Shown here: in pieces, positions 16,509 to 25,738 of the stretch
Position numbering within the stretch: position 1 is the stretch's first letter
How the letters are laid out: each line of letters begins with the position of its first letter
IMG/VR virus record: IMGVR_UViG_2574179724_000001
Reading direction: 5' to 3' (one strand)
Length of the DNA stretch: 47,533 nt
Origin: a virus
Position numbers and translations under genes: made by a program
Notes under the pieces: model-generated
What the model saw: the letters and a program-made list of their open reading frames with translations, nothing else
Database searches by the model: none
What the model was told of the DNA's origin: nothing

Positions 16509-16698
16509 GCAACTAGAAGAATTACAGAGACGAATTATTGAAGACATCAAAGAAAATGAACGGTGTATTGCTGAAGATGATCTTAGCCCTGCAGAAAAAG
16601 CTGAATTGCGCGGGGGAATCGGCGGAATGAAAACGGCACTATTTGAAATTAGCGGATTGGATATGCCATATGTTGGGAGTAAGGGAAATGAAAACTAG
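16501..16698 (+). CDS. Hypothetical protein
   Basis: GGAGGAA RBS before ATG 16501 (the ORF track opens at 16456). 65 aa, helical and charged. Confidence 0.55.
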   Translation: MNEQLEELQRRIIEDIKENERCIAEDDLSPAEKAELRGGIGGMKTALFEISGLDMPYVGSKGNEN

Positions 16699-17032
16699 AA
16701 AAATTAAGTTTAGAGTGTGGAGCAAAACTAAAAAAGAATATGGATATACGGATAAGGGTTTAAAACTTATTTTTCCAAACATTTTAGCCAATGAACACTT
16801 GGTTATTGAACAATATACTGGTTTGAAAGACAAGAATGGCAAGGAAATCTATGAAGGAGACATTCTCAAATATTACGTTGATGGGAGAAAGAAGTATGAG
16901 TATCTAGTTGTTAAATATCAGCAAGAAGGTGCTTGTTTTATTACTGGTTGGGTTCGTGTTGATTATGCAACTCGCATGGGTGAAGTTGTAGGCAATATCT
17001 ACGAGAACGCAGACCTATTGGAGGAAAAATGA
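16688..17032 (+). CDS. YopX-family protein
   Basis: KFRVWSK...QYTGLKDKNGKEIYEGDIL...GNIYEN is the YopX signature. ATG 16688 follows an AAGGGAA RBS. Confidence 0.8.
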   Translation: MKTRKIKFRVWSKTKKEYGYTDKGLKLIFPNILANEHLVIEQYTGLKDKNGKEIYEGDILKYYVDGRKKYEYLVVKYQQEGACFITGWVRVDYATRMGEVVGNIYENADLLEEK

Positions 17033-17379
17033 TGAAAACTAGGGAAGAACTATTAGATAGATACGAAAATGAACCAACGGCTAACAAATTTAGTAAATCA
17101 GATAAGGTATTACATTTTACCCCGAAAGAATTAAAAGAGGTTCTATCTGCACCAACCGAGGAACAGATGAAATGCGAGTATTGTCATGAACCGTTTGGCA
17201 ATTTGGCAAGCTTTCGAGTGAAGGGCGGTAGACAAGAAGTATATAACCTGTCTGTTCCAAGCTTTGATGGGTTAAGCAATGGGCAGCTTGATTATGATTG
17301 TGCACATGCCTATCAGCCTTATGGAGATTTTAGAAAATTTGATTATTGCCCAATGTGCGCCAGAAAGCTAGGAGAGTGA
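17029..17379 (+). CDS. Hypothetical zinc-finger protein
   Basis: 116 aa with CEYC...CPMC pairs. Start overlaps the preceding stop. Confidence 0.55.
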   Translation: MMKTREELLDRYENEPTANKFSKSDKVLHFTPKELKEVLSAPTEEQMKCEYCHEPFGNLASFRVKGGRQEVYNLSVPSFDGLSNGQLDYDCAHAYQPYGDFRKFDYCPMCARKLGE

Positions 17380-17386
17380 TTACTAA

Positions 17387-17803
17387 TTGAAACGGTCATT
17401 GTTTAATTATATTGCGGATATAATACGCGAATATCCAGTATCTGAAACGTACATCAAAAAGCGTGAAGACGAACTGATGAACAAGTTTCAAGAGTTTAAA
17501 GATGAGAATGTTGGTGGTGGACGCGCACAAAACAGAAAAGATGATGGTGTCGAACAGCTGGCTATCACTCTAGCAATTGATAAGCGCATTGAAAACATAA
17601 AACGCAATCAAGAAGCGGTGGGGAAAGCACTAGAAAACTCAGCTCCCGAAACACAAGACATCATATACGAGCTATATTTGAGAGAAAATGCAATTTACAA
17701 TACTGAGGGGGTAGCACAAAAGGTTAATCTTTCGGTGAGCCAAGTAAGGCGCAGACGAAATAAGTTTTTCGAAAAAGTGGCAATTGAAAGAGGATTAATA
17801 TAG
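17387..17803 (+). CDS. ArpU/RinA-type late-gene transcriptional activator
   Basis: 138 aa. N-terminal IIREYP...YIKKREDEL and a C-terminal sigma region 4-like segment (VAQKVNLSVSQVRRRRNKF). Lies at the early/late boundary. Confidence 0.7.
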   Translation: MKRSLFNYIADIIREYPVSETYIKKREDELMNKFQEFKDENVGGGRAQNRKDDGVEQLAITLAIDKRIENIKRNQEAVGKALENSAPETQDIIYELYLRENAIYNTEGVAQKVNLSVSQVRRRRNKFFEKVAIERGLI

Positions 17804-17819
17804 ACACTAAAAAAGGGGA

Positions 17820-18029
17820 CTAAACATCCTCTTTTTGCATTTTTAAATCATCATAGAATTTTTGAAGTTTCAAAGCTGTCTTAATGGTCATATTTTCGAG
17901 TTTAGTATCGCCAGTCCTGTAGCGATTAATCATAGCACGAGTTAACCCCGTTTCCTCCGCTATAGCGTATGCCGAGATATCCGAACTTAACAGCTTTTCA
18001 ATTTTGCTTAAATCAATTTTCTTTTCCAT
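17820..18029 (-). CDS. Small HTH protein
   Basis: 69 aa. AIAEETGLTRAMINRYRTG helix-turn-helix. Overlaps the upstream gene by 17 nt. Leftward strand. Confidence 0.65.
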   Translation of the reverse strand: MEKKIDLSKIEKLLSSDISAYAIAEETGLTRAMINRYRTGDTKLENMTIKTALKLQKFYDDLKMQKEDV

Positions 18030-18894
18030 TGTTTAGCGGATCGCCCTTCCATTTTTCAAGTGTATTTCCCCATAATTCTTCTTGAAGTCTATCACGAGCT
18101 TCAATGGCATCGCTTAACTTTGCGTATTTTCCACCATAGTTTATTTTTTTCTTAAAGGCGACTAGCACTAAATATCTGCCATCATTTTGCACGTAGATAT
18201 TTCGATAACCAGAAGTATTTGCTTTTGTAGGGTTATTTCCCAACATAGCAGGGCTTGTTCCACCATATTTTGTATTTATTTTTCTAATTTTTGCTTGGCC
18301 TTGTTTAACATTATTTTTAGCTTTTTTCATTTTCAAATGGCCACAAGATTTTAGATTGCCTCCTTTTAAAGCTGATGCTGTTGCGTAGTATATTTTGCCA
18401 CAGGAACACTGTGTTTTATACAGTTTGCTCCCGTTGCATGTTATCCCTGTATATCTAATAACTGTTAATTCATTGAACTTCTCTCCAGGTTTTATTTCTC
18501 GACTTATATGCTCATACTGCCATTTATCCGTGGTGCCTTCAATAATGGCTTTGGCTAAACTCTCTTTAGCCTTGATTGCTTCTTCTAAAGTAGAGTATGC
18601 TCCACCAGCAAAATGTTTTCCATTTTCTGAAAGCCTAACGTAAAATTTATTAGAATTTTTATTAAATGAAATTCCTCTGACTCCAGTTAAAGAATTGCTT
18701 TGAGCCTTACGACTACCGGGCCTGACAGGAATAATTGGGTGGGCTTTAATCATTTCTTCAAGGCATTTTTCAGCTTCTACTCTGGTTTTGAAGCCTCTTT
18801 TTGAAATGGTTTTTCCCATAATTTTCAGTCTTGCGCCGTACGAAAATTCACCAGTAGCTAGTTTAAATTCTTGTATGCTTCCTCTTTTCTTCAT
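18013..18894 (-). CDS. Multi-AP2-domain DNA-binding protein with a central Cys4-type zinc ribbon
   Basis: Three AP2/arm-like units: GFKTRVEAEKCLEEM, GVRGISFNKNSNKFYVRL...YSTLEEAIKAKE and SGYRNIYVQNDGRYLVLV...KLSDAIEARDRL. Also LTVI...CSCGKIYYATASALKGGNLKSCGH. No HNH motif. Confidence 0.65.
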   Translation of the reverse strand: MKKRGSIQEFKLATGEFSYGARLKIMGKTISKRGFKTRVEAEKCLEEMIKAHPIIPVRPGSRKAQSNSLTGVRGISFNKNSNKFYVRLSENGKHFAGGAYSTLEEAIKAKESLAKAIIEGTTDKWQYEHISREIKPGEKFNELTVIRYTGITCNGSKLYKTQCSCGKIYYATASALKGGNLKSCGHLKMKKAKNNVKQGQAKIRKINTKYGGTSPAMLGNNPTKANTSGYRNIYVQNDGRYLVLVAFKKKINYGGKYAKLSDAIEARDRLQEELWGNTLEKWKGDPLNNGKEN

Positions 18895-18906
18895 AATTAA
18901 TTTTCC

Positions 18907-19320
18907 TTAGAGAAGGCCTTCTGAAATTTCAGCGCCATCTGCTAATTCTTCTTGATATTCTTCTTCTGAAAGTGAAATTAATTCGACAAAGATAAACCCT
19001 TTGCCTTCTTGGTCCTCAGGCTCTGCCCAATCAATTTTGAAGTGAGTACCTTTTTTTACAATATATTCATCTTCACCTTTGATAGCGTCTAACTTATCGA
19101 CTTCCTCTTTGTTAGAGTAGTCGACTTTGTGAGCTTCAACAGCGTTCATAATCGAGAAAACTACTTGACCGCCCAGATTGTTTTCAGGGCGAAATGCTTC
19201 TTCATTTTCGCCACCTGCGAAACTTGCGTCATGATCAAGAGTCATCAGCTGACCCTCTTGATAGTCTGAATAATATTCGGGCTGCAACGCTATGATTCTT
19301 GCTAAGTTTTCGTATTTCAT
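18907..19320 (-). CDS. Highly acidic small protein, unknown function
   Basis: 137 aa with 33 D/E versus 11 K/R by hand count. AGGAGG RBS. First gene of the leftward island. Confidence 0.65.
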   Translation of the reverse strand: MKYENLARIIALQPEYYSDYQEGQLMTLDHDASFAGGENEEAFRPENNLGGQVVFSIMNAVEAHKVDYSNKEEVDKLDAIKGEDEYIVKKGTHFKIDWAEPEDQEGKGFIFVELISLSEEEYQEELADGAEISEGLL

Positions 19321-19523
19321 ATTAATTACCTCCTAGTTTTTTTATTTATCTTCCTTACAAGTATTACTATAACGTATCTATAAAGATACGTCAATAGTTT
19401 TTTTGAACTTTTTCAAATTTATTTTCAGTGTTAGTATGATGCGTGTTTTTGGAGTACTTTAGGTGTTAATGTGATAGTGTCAGATAGTTAGATATCTGGC
19501 TCCCTCGATAAATATTTTAACGG

Positions 19524-19547
19524 GCGTTCAGAAATGGACGCTATTTT
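19524..19547 (+). terminator. Hairpin with GAAA loop and T-run upstream of the 19591 gene
   Basis: GCGTTCA-GAAA-TGGACGC followed by TATTTT. A TATAAT box follows at 19552-57. It insulates the downstream moron or ends a short + transcript. Confidence 0.35.
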
Positions 19548-19590
19548 GGTGTATAATTTATAAATAAAATAATTATTATGGGGTGGGAAA

Positions 19591-20079
19591 ATGAAATACT
19601 TTATAGGGTTTATTATTTCGATATGGAATAGTGCGTTTTTTTGGAAGCTTACGACACTTGTGACGACAATATGGGCTATAATTCAAACAAATGTATCAAT
19701 GAAAAAAGCATATACAAAAAAAGCAGTTGTAAATATTAATTACGTTATAACTACACCTATGGGGCAAGAAGCAATTTGTGTAAATGTTACCAATGATGGC
19801 AATGTTGATATGAAAATAAATGCATTGGGAATGACTGATAAAAAAAGTGGTAAAAATGCTTTTATACCCACAAATGCAGATGTGTTAAAAGAAAGTGTAC
19901 TGCCAAAAAAGCTTTCAACAGGAGATGATGTAAAACAAGCTATAGCTATTCAGCCACTGCTTGAAAGCATAGAAACTGTTATGGATCTGAGCTGTATTTA
20001 TGGTTTTGCAGATTTAAGCACGGGAGAAAGAATCTATAGTGAGAGTCCTATAGATATTAGTAGTTGTTTGAACAAGTAA
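19591..20079 (+). CDS. Single-pass membrane protein, unknown function (stand-alone moron)
   Basis: 162 aa. N-terminal hydrophobic region (FIGFIISIWNSAFFWKLTTLVTTIWAII). GGGGTGGG RBS. Own TATAAT box and a downstream hairpin plus T-run. Confidence 0.7.
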   Translation: MKYFIGFIISIWNSAFFWKLTTLVTTIWAIIQTNVSMKKAYTKKAVVNINYVITTPMGQEAICVNVTNDGNVDMKINALGMTDKKSGKNAFIPTNADVLKESVLPKKLSTGDDVKQAIAIQPLLESIETVMDLSCIYGFADLSTGERIYSESPIDISSCLNK

Positions 20080-20155
20080 AATCCAATTTATAACAGCCAT
20101 TGAGCTGCTTTTTTTGTATGCAAAACAAAACACTTTCAGGAGGTGGTGGACATGA

Positions 20156-20950
20156 ATGCCTAGAAAAAGAAATCCAAAGCGAGAACAAGCAAGACAAATG
20201 TGGCTTGATTCAGGTGGAAAAAAGAAATTAATAGAAATCGCTGATGAACTCGATGTCAGTCCATCACAGATTCGTAAATGGAAGTCACTTGATAAGTGGA
20301 GCGACGATTTAAAGGGTAACGTTACTAAAAAAAAAGAACGTTCCTCTATGAAAGGGAACCAATACGCCAAAGGTAATCCTGGCAACCCACACGCTTCGCC
20401 GCCAAAGGGAAATAAGAATGCAGTGAGCCATGGGCTTTTTGCTAAGTGGCTGCCTGACGATACTAGGAAATTGGTTCAAGAAATATATACGTCTGAACCA
20501 GCTGATATCATTTGGAATAATATTATGATTCAATACGCCGCTATTATTCGTTCCGTGAAAATAATGAATGTGGCTAGTGAATTTGATGTGACTAGTGATG
20601 TTACTGAAGTGGACCTGAATCCAACGATCGTAAATAAAAAGACAGGTAAGCCAGTTCAGACTAAAGAAGTCAGACAGTATCAATACGCATGGGATAAACA
20701 GGCTAATTATTTGCAAGCATTATCCAGGGCACAAACAACGTTAGGAAATCTGATTAAACAATTCGTTAAAATTGCTGATGAAACAGATGAGCGCAGAAAG
20801 AAACTAGCTTTAATGGATCAACAACTTAATATCCTTGAAGCTAAAGCACGTATCCTAAATGACAACGGCAACGATACGGAAGCTAAAGTATCTAAGTTAC
20901 TGGATAAGATTGATGAAACGATTGAAGGTGACAGTAACAATGCTGACTGA
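20156..20950 (+). CDS. terS: Terminase small subunit
   Basis: N-terminal HTH (LIEIADELDVSPSQIRKWKSLDKWS) and a coiled C-terminus. Immediately upstream of and overlapping terL. AGGAGGTGG RBS. Confidence 0.8.
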   Translation: MPRKRNPKREQARQMWLDSGGKKKLIEIADELDVSPSQIRKWKSLDKWSDDLKGNVTKKKERSSMKGNQYAKGNPGNPHASPPKGNKNAVSHGLFAKWLPDDTRKLVQEIYTSEPADIIWNNIMIQYAAIIRSVKIMNVASEFDVTSDVTEVDLNPTIVNKKTGKPVQTKEVRQYQYAWDKQANYLQALSRAQTTLGNLIKQFVKIADETDERRKKLALMDQQLNILEAKARILNDNGNDTEAKVSKLLDKIDETIEGDSNNAD

Positions 20951-22181
20951 TCTATATACTCCAAAACAAATTGAAGTAATGAAAACAGTATTGAGTAGAA
21001 ATGATTGGCGGCTGTTGATCAACTATGGTGCTGTTCGTTCAGGCAAAACAGTAATTGACAATGATGCCTTTTTGATGGAGCTAAGGCGCGTTAGAAAACT
21101 GGCTGATCAGCTTGAAGTTAAAGAGCCAATGTACATTTTAGCTGGGTATTCGAGCAAATCGTTACAAAATAACGTTCTGCAAGAACTGTCAAATAAATAT
21201 GATATACAGTTCAAGTTCGACAAGCATGGATCCTTCAGATTGTTTGGAGTCAAGATTATTCAAACTTTTACCGGAAGTATAGCTGGTTTAGGTGCAATCC
21301 GTGGTAGTACTGCATTTGGTGCATATGTCAACGAAGCTAGTCTTGCTAATGAAGAAGTGTTTAATGAAATCCTTAATCGTTGTTCAGCGCCAAATGCTCG
21401 CATTATCTGTGATACTAACCCGGATGTTCCAACTCATTACTTGAAAGCTGATTATATCGACAACAAAGATAAAAAAGCAGGGATTGTCAGTTATCATTTT
21501 ACGATTGATGATAATACTTTTTTGCCAGCAGAGTACGTTCAGCATATGAAAGCCGGAACACCAAGCGGTATGTTTTATGATCGCAGTATTTTAGGTTTGT
21601 GGGTATCTGGTGAAGGCATGGTGTACAAAGACTTTGACAAAGACACTATGATTATTCCCCGTTCAAAATTGCCAGAAAACTTAACTTACTATTGTGGAGT
21701 TGACTGGGGATATGAGCATAAAGGGACAATCGTAGTTATGGCTGATGATGACCAAGGCAACACTTACTTAGTCGAGGAACATACAAAGCAGTACGAAGAA
21801 ATAGACTACTGGGTTAGAGTTGCTAAGGAGATTCAAAGCCGATACGGTAGCAGAATTAAGTTCTTTGCTGATTCGGCAAGGCCTGAGCATGTAGCACGTT
21901 TCAGACGTGAGAATCTTAATGTATTTAACGCAAATAAAAGTGTATTAAGCGGTATTGAGTCAGTTGCAAAACTGATGAAAGAACACCGCTTTTTTGTTGT
22001 CAAAGAATCGATAGACAAGTTCCTAGAAGAAATTTATCAGTATATCTGGGACGAGAAAACAGGCATGCCAGTCAAGGCTAATGACGATGTGCAAGACGCT
22101 GTTAGATACGCTGTACACAGCCAACATAACGAATTAAACAAAGCCAAAGCGGTAGTTAAGCCGAGTTGGCTTAGGAGGTGA
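20940..22181 (+). CDS. terL: Terminase large subunit (PBSX/headful type)
   Basis: Walker A-like NYGAVRSGKT, ATPase then nuclease domain (GVDWGYEH...DDVQDAVRY). ATG 20940 follows a GAAGGTGA RBS (the ORF track opens at 20859). Confidence 0.9.
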   Translation: MLTDLYTPKQIEVMKTVLSRNDWRLLINYGAVRSGKTVIDNDAFLMELRRVRKLADQLEVKEPMYILAGYSSKSLQNNVLQELSNKYDIQFKFDKHGSFRLFGVKIIQTFTGSIAGLGAIRGSTAFGAYVNEASLANEEVFNEILNRCSAPNARIICDTNPDVPTHYLKADYIDNKDKKAGIVSYHFTIDDNTFLPAEYVQHMKAGTPSGMFYDRSILGLWVSGEGMVYKDFDKDTMIIPRSKLPENLTYYCGVDWGYEHKGTIVVMADDDQGNTYLVEEHTKQYEEIDYWVRVAKEIQSRYGSRIKFFADSARPEHVARFRRENLNVFNANKSVLSGIESVAKLMKEHRFFVVKESIDKFLEEIYQYIWDEKTGMPVKANDDVQDAVRYAVHSQHNELNKAKAVVKPSWLRR

Positions 22182-23674
22182 TTACGATAGATTTATTAAA
22201 TTTTAAAGGCGAAAGAAGTTCAAATGTAGCAGTTGACCCAGCGCTAATCGGCGATGTTAACAACCCGAGTTTCGACGCAATCAATTACGCCATTAACGCA
22301 CAAAAGAATAGAATCGAGCGTTTTAACTGGTTGGAAGATTATTATGAAGGTAATCAGGACATTTTCAGACGTCAGTTGAATAGTAGCTTAGGCAAAGCTA
22401 ATGAAAAAGCTATGACTAATCATGCTAAATACATTACTGACATGAATGTCGGTTTCACGACTGGTAATCCTATTTCAATCGCTGCTGGTAAAGATAAGGA
22501 TATTAAGCCAATCCAAGAGCAGCTAGATGATATGGATATCTCAGCACATGATACGGAATTAGAAAAGGATTTAAGTGTGTACGGCTGCGGTTATGAGTTG
22601 CTTTATATCAAGCAAAACAATGGTACACCAGTATTGTCTATTCAGAAGATTGACCCTCGTGGTTGTGTGCTAGTGACAGATGATACAGTCGATAAAAATT
22701 CATTGTTTGGTATTTACTATGTACAAAAGCTTGATTTGCTTGGCAATCCCAACGGTTATTTAATTACTGTTTATACTCAGAAAAATATTATTGAGTATCG
22801 AACAAGAATTGGCTATGAGTTATCTGACACAAACATTGCTGATGGATATCCGCAAGTTGCTCAACATTATTTCGGTGGTGTGCCTTTGATAAGCTACAGA
22901 AACAATGAAGAAAAGCAAGGCGATTTCGAGCAAGTAATTAGTTTGATTGATGCATATAACGAGCTCCAATCAGATCGAATCACTGATAAAAGAAACTTTA
23001 TTGACGCGTTATTAGTATTGTATGGATTCACTTTAACAGATGAAAAAGGCAACGATATTAACGTTGATAAAGACCACACGATGATTTATGCACCGCCTAA
23101 AACAGGTGATAATGCAGCAGACGTTGAGTGGCTGACTAAAACTTTTGATGAAGATCAGCTTCAAACTCTAGTCAAATCAGTCAAAGATGATATCCACCAG
23201 ATGACTTATGTTCCAAACATGCTAGATGAAAACTTTTCAGGCGTTAGCTCGGGTGAAGCAATGAAATACAAGCTGTTTGGATTGTATCAACTGTTAGCTA
23301 CTAAGCAGCGGTATTTAATCCGGGGTATCCGGCAGAGATTACAGTTAATTCAGAATCTACTAGTTTTCAAGGGACAGTCTTGTGATGCGTCAGGTGCAGT
23401 TATTTCAATTAATCCTAACTTGCCTGTCAATATGAGTGACATTATCAATAACATTAAGAATGCTGACGGAGTAATTCCACAGAAAGTCGCATTAAGCTGG
23501 TTGCCTGGTCAAAATGACCCAGATGAAATGATTAAAGAACTTCAACAGGAAAAGGCTGATAATATTAAAATGCAAGACAAAATTTTAGGCGGTACAGCAC
23601 TAACTGAAAACAAGACAATTGACGACAATGGAAACGTGATAGACAAACAGCAGAAATCAGATGATGAGTCATGA
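22178..23674 (+). CDS. Portal protein (SPP1 gp6-like)
   Basis: 498 aa directly after terL. Acidic C-terminus. Followed by the head-morphogenesis genes. Confidence 0.85.
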   Translation: MITIDLLNFKGERSSNVAVDPALIGDVNNPSFDAINYAINAQKNRIERFNWLEDYYEGNQDIFRRQLNSSLGKANEKAMTNHAKYITDMNVGFTTGNPISIAAGKDKDIKPIQEQLDDMDISAHDTELEKDLSVYGCGYELLYIKQNNGTPVLSIQKIDPRGCVLVTDDTVDKNSLFGIYYVQKLDLLGNPNGYLITVYTQKNIIEYRTRIGYELSDTNIADGYPQVAQHYFGGVPLISYRNNEEKQGDFEQVISLIDAYNELQSDRITDKRNFIDALLVLYGFTLTDEKGNDINVDKDHTMIYAPPKTGDNAADVEWLTKTFDEDQLQTLVKSVKDDIHQMTYVPNMLDENFSGVSSGEAMKYKLFGLYQLLATKQRYLIRGIRQRLQLIQNLLVFKGQSCDASGAVISINPNLPVNMSDIINNIKNADGVIPQKVALSWLPGQNDPDEMIKELQQEKADNIKMQDKILGGTALTENKTIDDNGNVIDKQQKSDDES

Positions 23675-23973
23675 TTAAAGCTGTTTTTTATTTACACAAA
23701 AAACATGTAATTGGATATGAAATAACTGGTCACGCTCATTTTGCAATCAGGGGGTCTGACATTGTCTGCGCGGCTGTTTCAGTTCTTAGTCAAGCAATCA
23801 CAGCAGAATTAAATAATGCTGTCCTAAACGATTGTGAGGGCATTTCAGTTAGATTGATTGAGCCTAATGCAAAAAACAGAGTGTTATGTGAAACGTTGAT
23901 TCACGGACTTAAACAGATTGAAGAACAATATCCTAAGAATCTAAAGGTGGACGTATATGAAACTCGAAATTAA
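23671..23973 (+). CDS. prp: Prp-like cysteine protease (ribosomal-processing protease family, DUF464)
   Basis: ITGHAHFAIRGSDIVCAAVSVLSQ carries the catalytic His and Cys in the Prp/YsxB arrangement. Confidence 0.8.
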   Translation: MIKAVFYLHKKHVIGYEITGHAHFAIRGSDIVCAAVSVLSQAITAELNNAVLNDCEGISVRLIEPNAKNRVLCETLIHGLKQIEEQYPKNLKVDVYETRN

Positions 23974-24112
23974 AGATCAATCAAAGCAATTAGACTCAAT
24001 CATTAAGTCAATTGGTATTTTCACGATTGTAATTTTAAAAATGCTAGGTTTGATTAGTTTAAGTTGGAAGCCTTTAGTTGGCGCTTTGATACTTTTGTAT
24101 TTGTTTCTTTAG
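23957..24112 (+). CDS. Small membrane protein (51 aa, hypothetical)
   Basis: AAGGTGGA RBS before ATG 23957. The C-terminal two-thirds is hydrophobic (IGIFTIVILKMLGLISLSWKPLVGALILLYLFL). Confidence 0.45.
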   Translation: MKLEIKDQSKQLDSIIKSIGIFTIVILKMLGLISLSWKPLVGALILLYLFL

Positions 24113-24122
24113 AGGATAGCAA

Positions 24123-24461
24123 ATGAAAAAAATAAAAATTAATGTTTTAGGTATCGAATACACAGCTCATTTGGGAGCACTAGAAGAAAACGAACCGAGA
24201 TTATCAGACTTTGATGGTTTTACGGATACTTCGACTAAGGACATTTATATTGCCAAATTTGAATATGACAATCATTCAATAAAAGACTTGAAAAAACATT
24301 CGCACCAAGTTTTGAGGCACGAGATAGTTCATGCTTTTTTATTTGAAAGCGGACTGGATTGTAATTCCGATTGGGCTAGGAATGAAGAAATAGTTGATTG
24401 GATAGCTTTGCAGTTCCCAAAAATAAATAAGGTATTTGAAAGTTTAAACATCAAAGAATAA
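24123..24461 (+). CDS. Small HExxH protein (putative zinc metallopeptidase-like), unknown role
   Basis: 112 aa with LRHEIVHAFLFESG (HExxH followed by E). Lies between the portal and the minor head protein. Confidence 0.5.
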   Translation: MKKIKINVLGIEYTAHLGALEENEPRLSDFDGFTDTSTKDIYIAKFEYDNHSIKDLKKHSHQVLRHEIVHAFLFESGLDCNSDWARNEEIVDWIALQFPKINKVFESLNIKE

Positions 24462-24475
24462 CGGAGGTGTGATTA

Positions 24476-25666
24476 TTGGCAGAGAATCAAAAATTAACGT
24501 ATTGGCAACTGCGTGCAATTCGTAACGAGGAAAAGTCACATGAAGCTGCTAATAGCAAGATACCAGTAATCACTAACGCCTATATTCGTGCACAAAACTA
24601 TTTGCAAGGTGAAGTTAAGCAAATATACCGAAAATATTTCAGCAATGGAACGTATACCGAAGCACAAGCAGCAGAAATCTTGAATACAACCGTTAGTCCT
24701 ACCGAGTTAATAACCTTGCGTGCATTAGCCAAGAATATTGCTGATAGCGAGTCAAAGAAACAAGTTACTGATTATCTATCTGCTTTAGCTGCTAAAGGAC
24801 GTATCACGCGCTTAGAAGAACTACAGGCTAAGTCATATATAGCAGTTAAACAGGTTTCAAGCGTGGAAGTACAGGAGTCAACAGATTTGTATACCAAGGT
24901 TATTCAACAAGCTTGGAACGAAGCAACTGCTGAGGGAGTAATAGGCGATGTTGGCAAAGATGTGAAGCTATTTGAAAAAGGTTATGTGCCACAGATTGAC
25001 GAAAAAACTAAGCAAATTAGTATTCTAAATCCATCTACAGGAAAAGAGATTACTAAAGTTAAAGCAGTTCCAGATAAAACAATAACAAGCTTTAAAGAGC
25101 TATCAGGAAAGTACGTTAAAGCTGCACTTGACACCCCCTTTTATGGGAAGAGTTACTCACAGCGTATCTGGGGCAACACTGATAAGCTAGCAGCTAGGCT
25201 AAAAGAATTGTTTACCACACAACAGATGTCGGGCATGAGTGAACGTGACATGGTCAAGGCATTATCTGATGAGTTTGGTAGCGGTATGGCTAATGCTAAG
25301 CGGTTAATCAGGACAGAAGCTAATTATTTCCACAACACGACAAAAGTGGCTGGTTGGAAGCAAAGGAATGTCAAAGAGTTTGAGATAGTGGCAATTCTTG
25401 ATAATCGGACTTCACAGATATGCCGGCACGCTGATGGAAAAGTTTATCCAGTTAGTGAAGCCGAGGTGGGAAAGACATTACCACCATTACACGTTTATTG
25501 TCGTTCTGTGGCAGTAGTACATTTTGCTAATAGTCCATACACAGGAACACGGACGGCTAACAATCCTAACACCGGTAAAACATTTCAAATTGATCAAAGC
25601 AAAACCTATCGAGATTGGGAAAAGATTATTAATGATACCAGAAAGAAAAATCAAAGTGGGAGTTGA
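24476..25666 (+). CDS. Minor head / head-morphogenesis protein (SPP1 gp7, Phage_Mu_F family)
   Basis: RLIRTEANYFHN...ILDNRTSQICRHADGKVY...LPPLHVYCRS is the Mu F/gp7 signature. TTG start after a GGAGGTG RBS. Confidence 0.85.
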   Translation: MAENQKLTYWQLRAIRNEEKSHEAANSKIPVITNAYIRAQNYLQGEVKQIYRKYFSNGTYTEAQAAEILNTTVSPTELITLRALAKNIADSESKKQVTDYLSALAAKGRITRLEELQAKSYIAVKQVSSVEVQESTDLYTKVIQQAWNEATAEGVIGDVGKDVKLFEKGYVPQIDEKTKQISILNPSTGKEITKVKAVPDKTITSFKELSGKYVKAALDTPFYGKSYSQRIWGNTDKLAARLKELFTTQQMSGMSERDMVKALSDEFGSGMANAKRLIRTEANYFHNTTKVAGWKQRNVKEFEIVAILDNRTSQICRHADGKVYPVSEAEVGKTLPPLHVYCRSVAVVHFANSPYTGTRTANNPNTGKTFQIDQSKTYRDWEKIINDTRKKNQSGS

Positions 25667-25738
25667 TAATATGCGCTTAACGTTACTGTGTTTGCTATTT
25701 TGGGTGCTTGTGTTTTTAGCAATATAGGAGGCTTAGCT

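Noticed and set aside
18907-19320. ADP-ribosyltransferase-like motifs in the acidic 137-aa protein (FR, FSI, EDEYIVKKGTHFKI resembling R / STS / ExE)
   Set aside because: The three motifs lie within about 45 residues and the protein is only 137 aa. That is far too compact for an ART fold, so the resemblance is probably coincidental.
20080-20160. cos site or HNH endonuclease near the terminase genes
   Set aside because: No HNH gene is present anywhere in the window. The large terminase looks PBSX/headful-type, so pac-type packaging is more likely. No specific pac sequence could be identified by eye.
20014-20716. Minus-strand ORFs 20014-20385 and 20309-20716 opposite the small terminase gene
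   Set aside because: They are antisense to terS, which has a strong RBS and an HTH motif. No translation signals are present.
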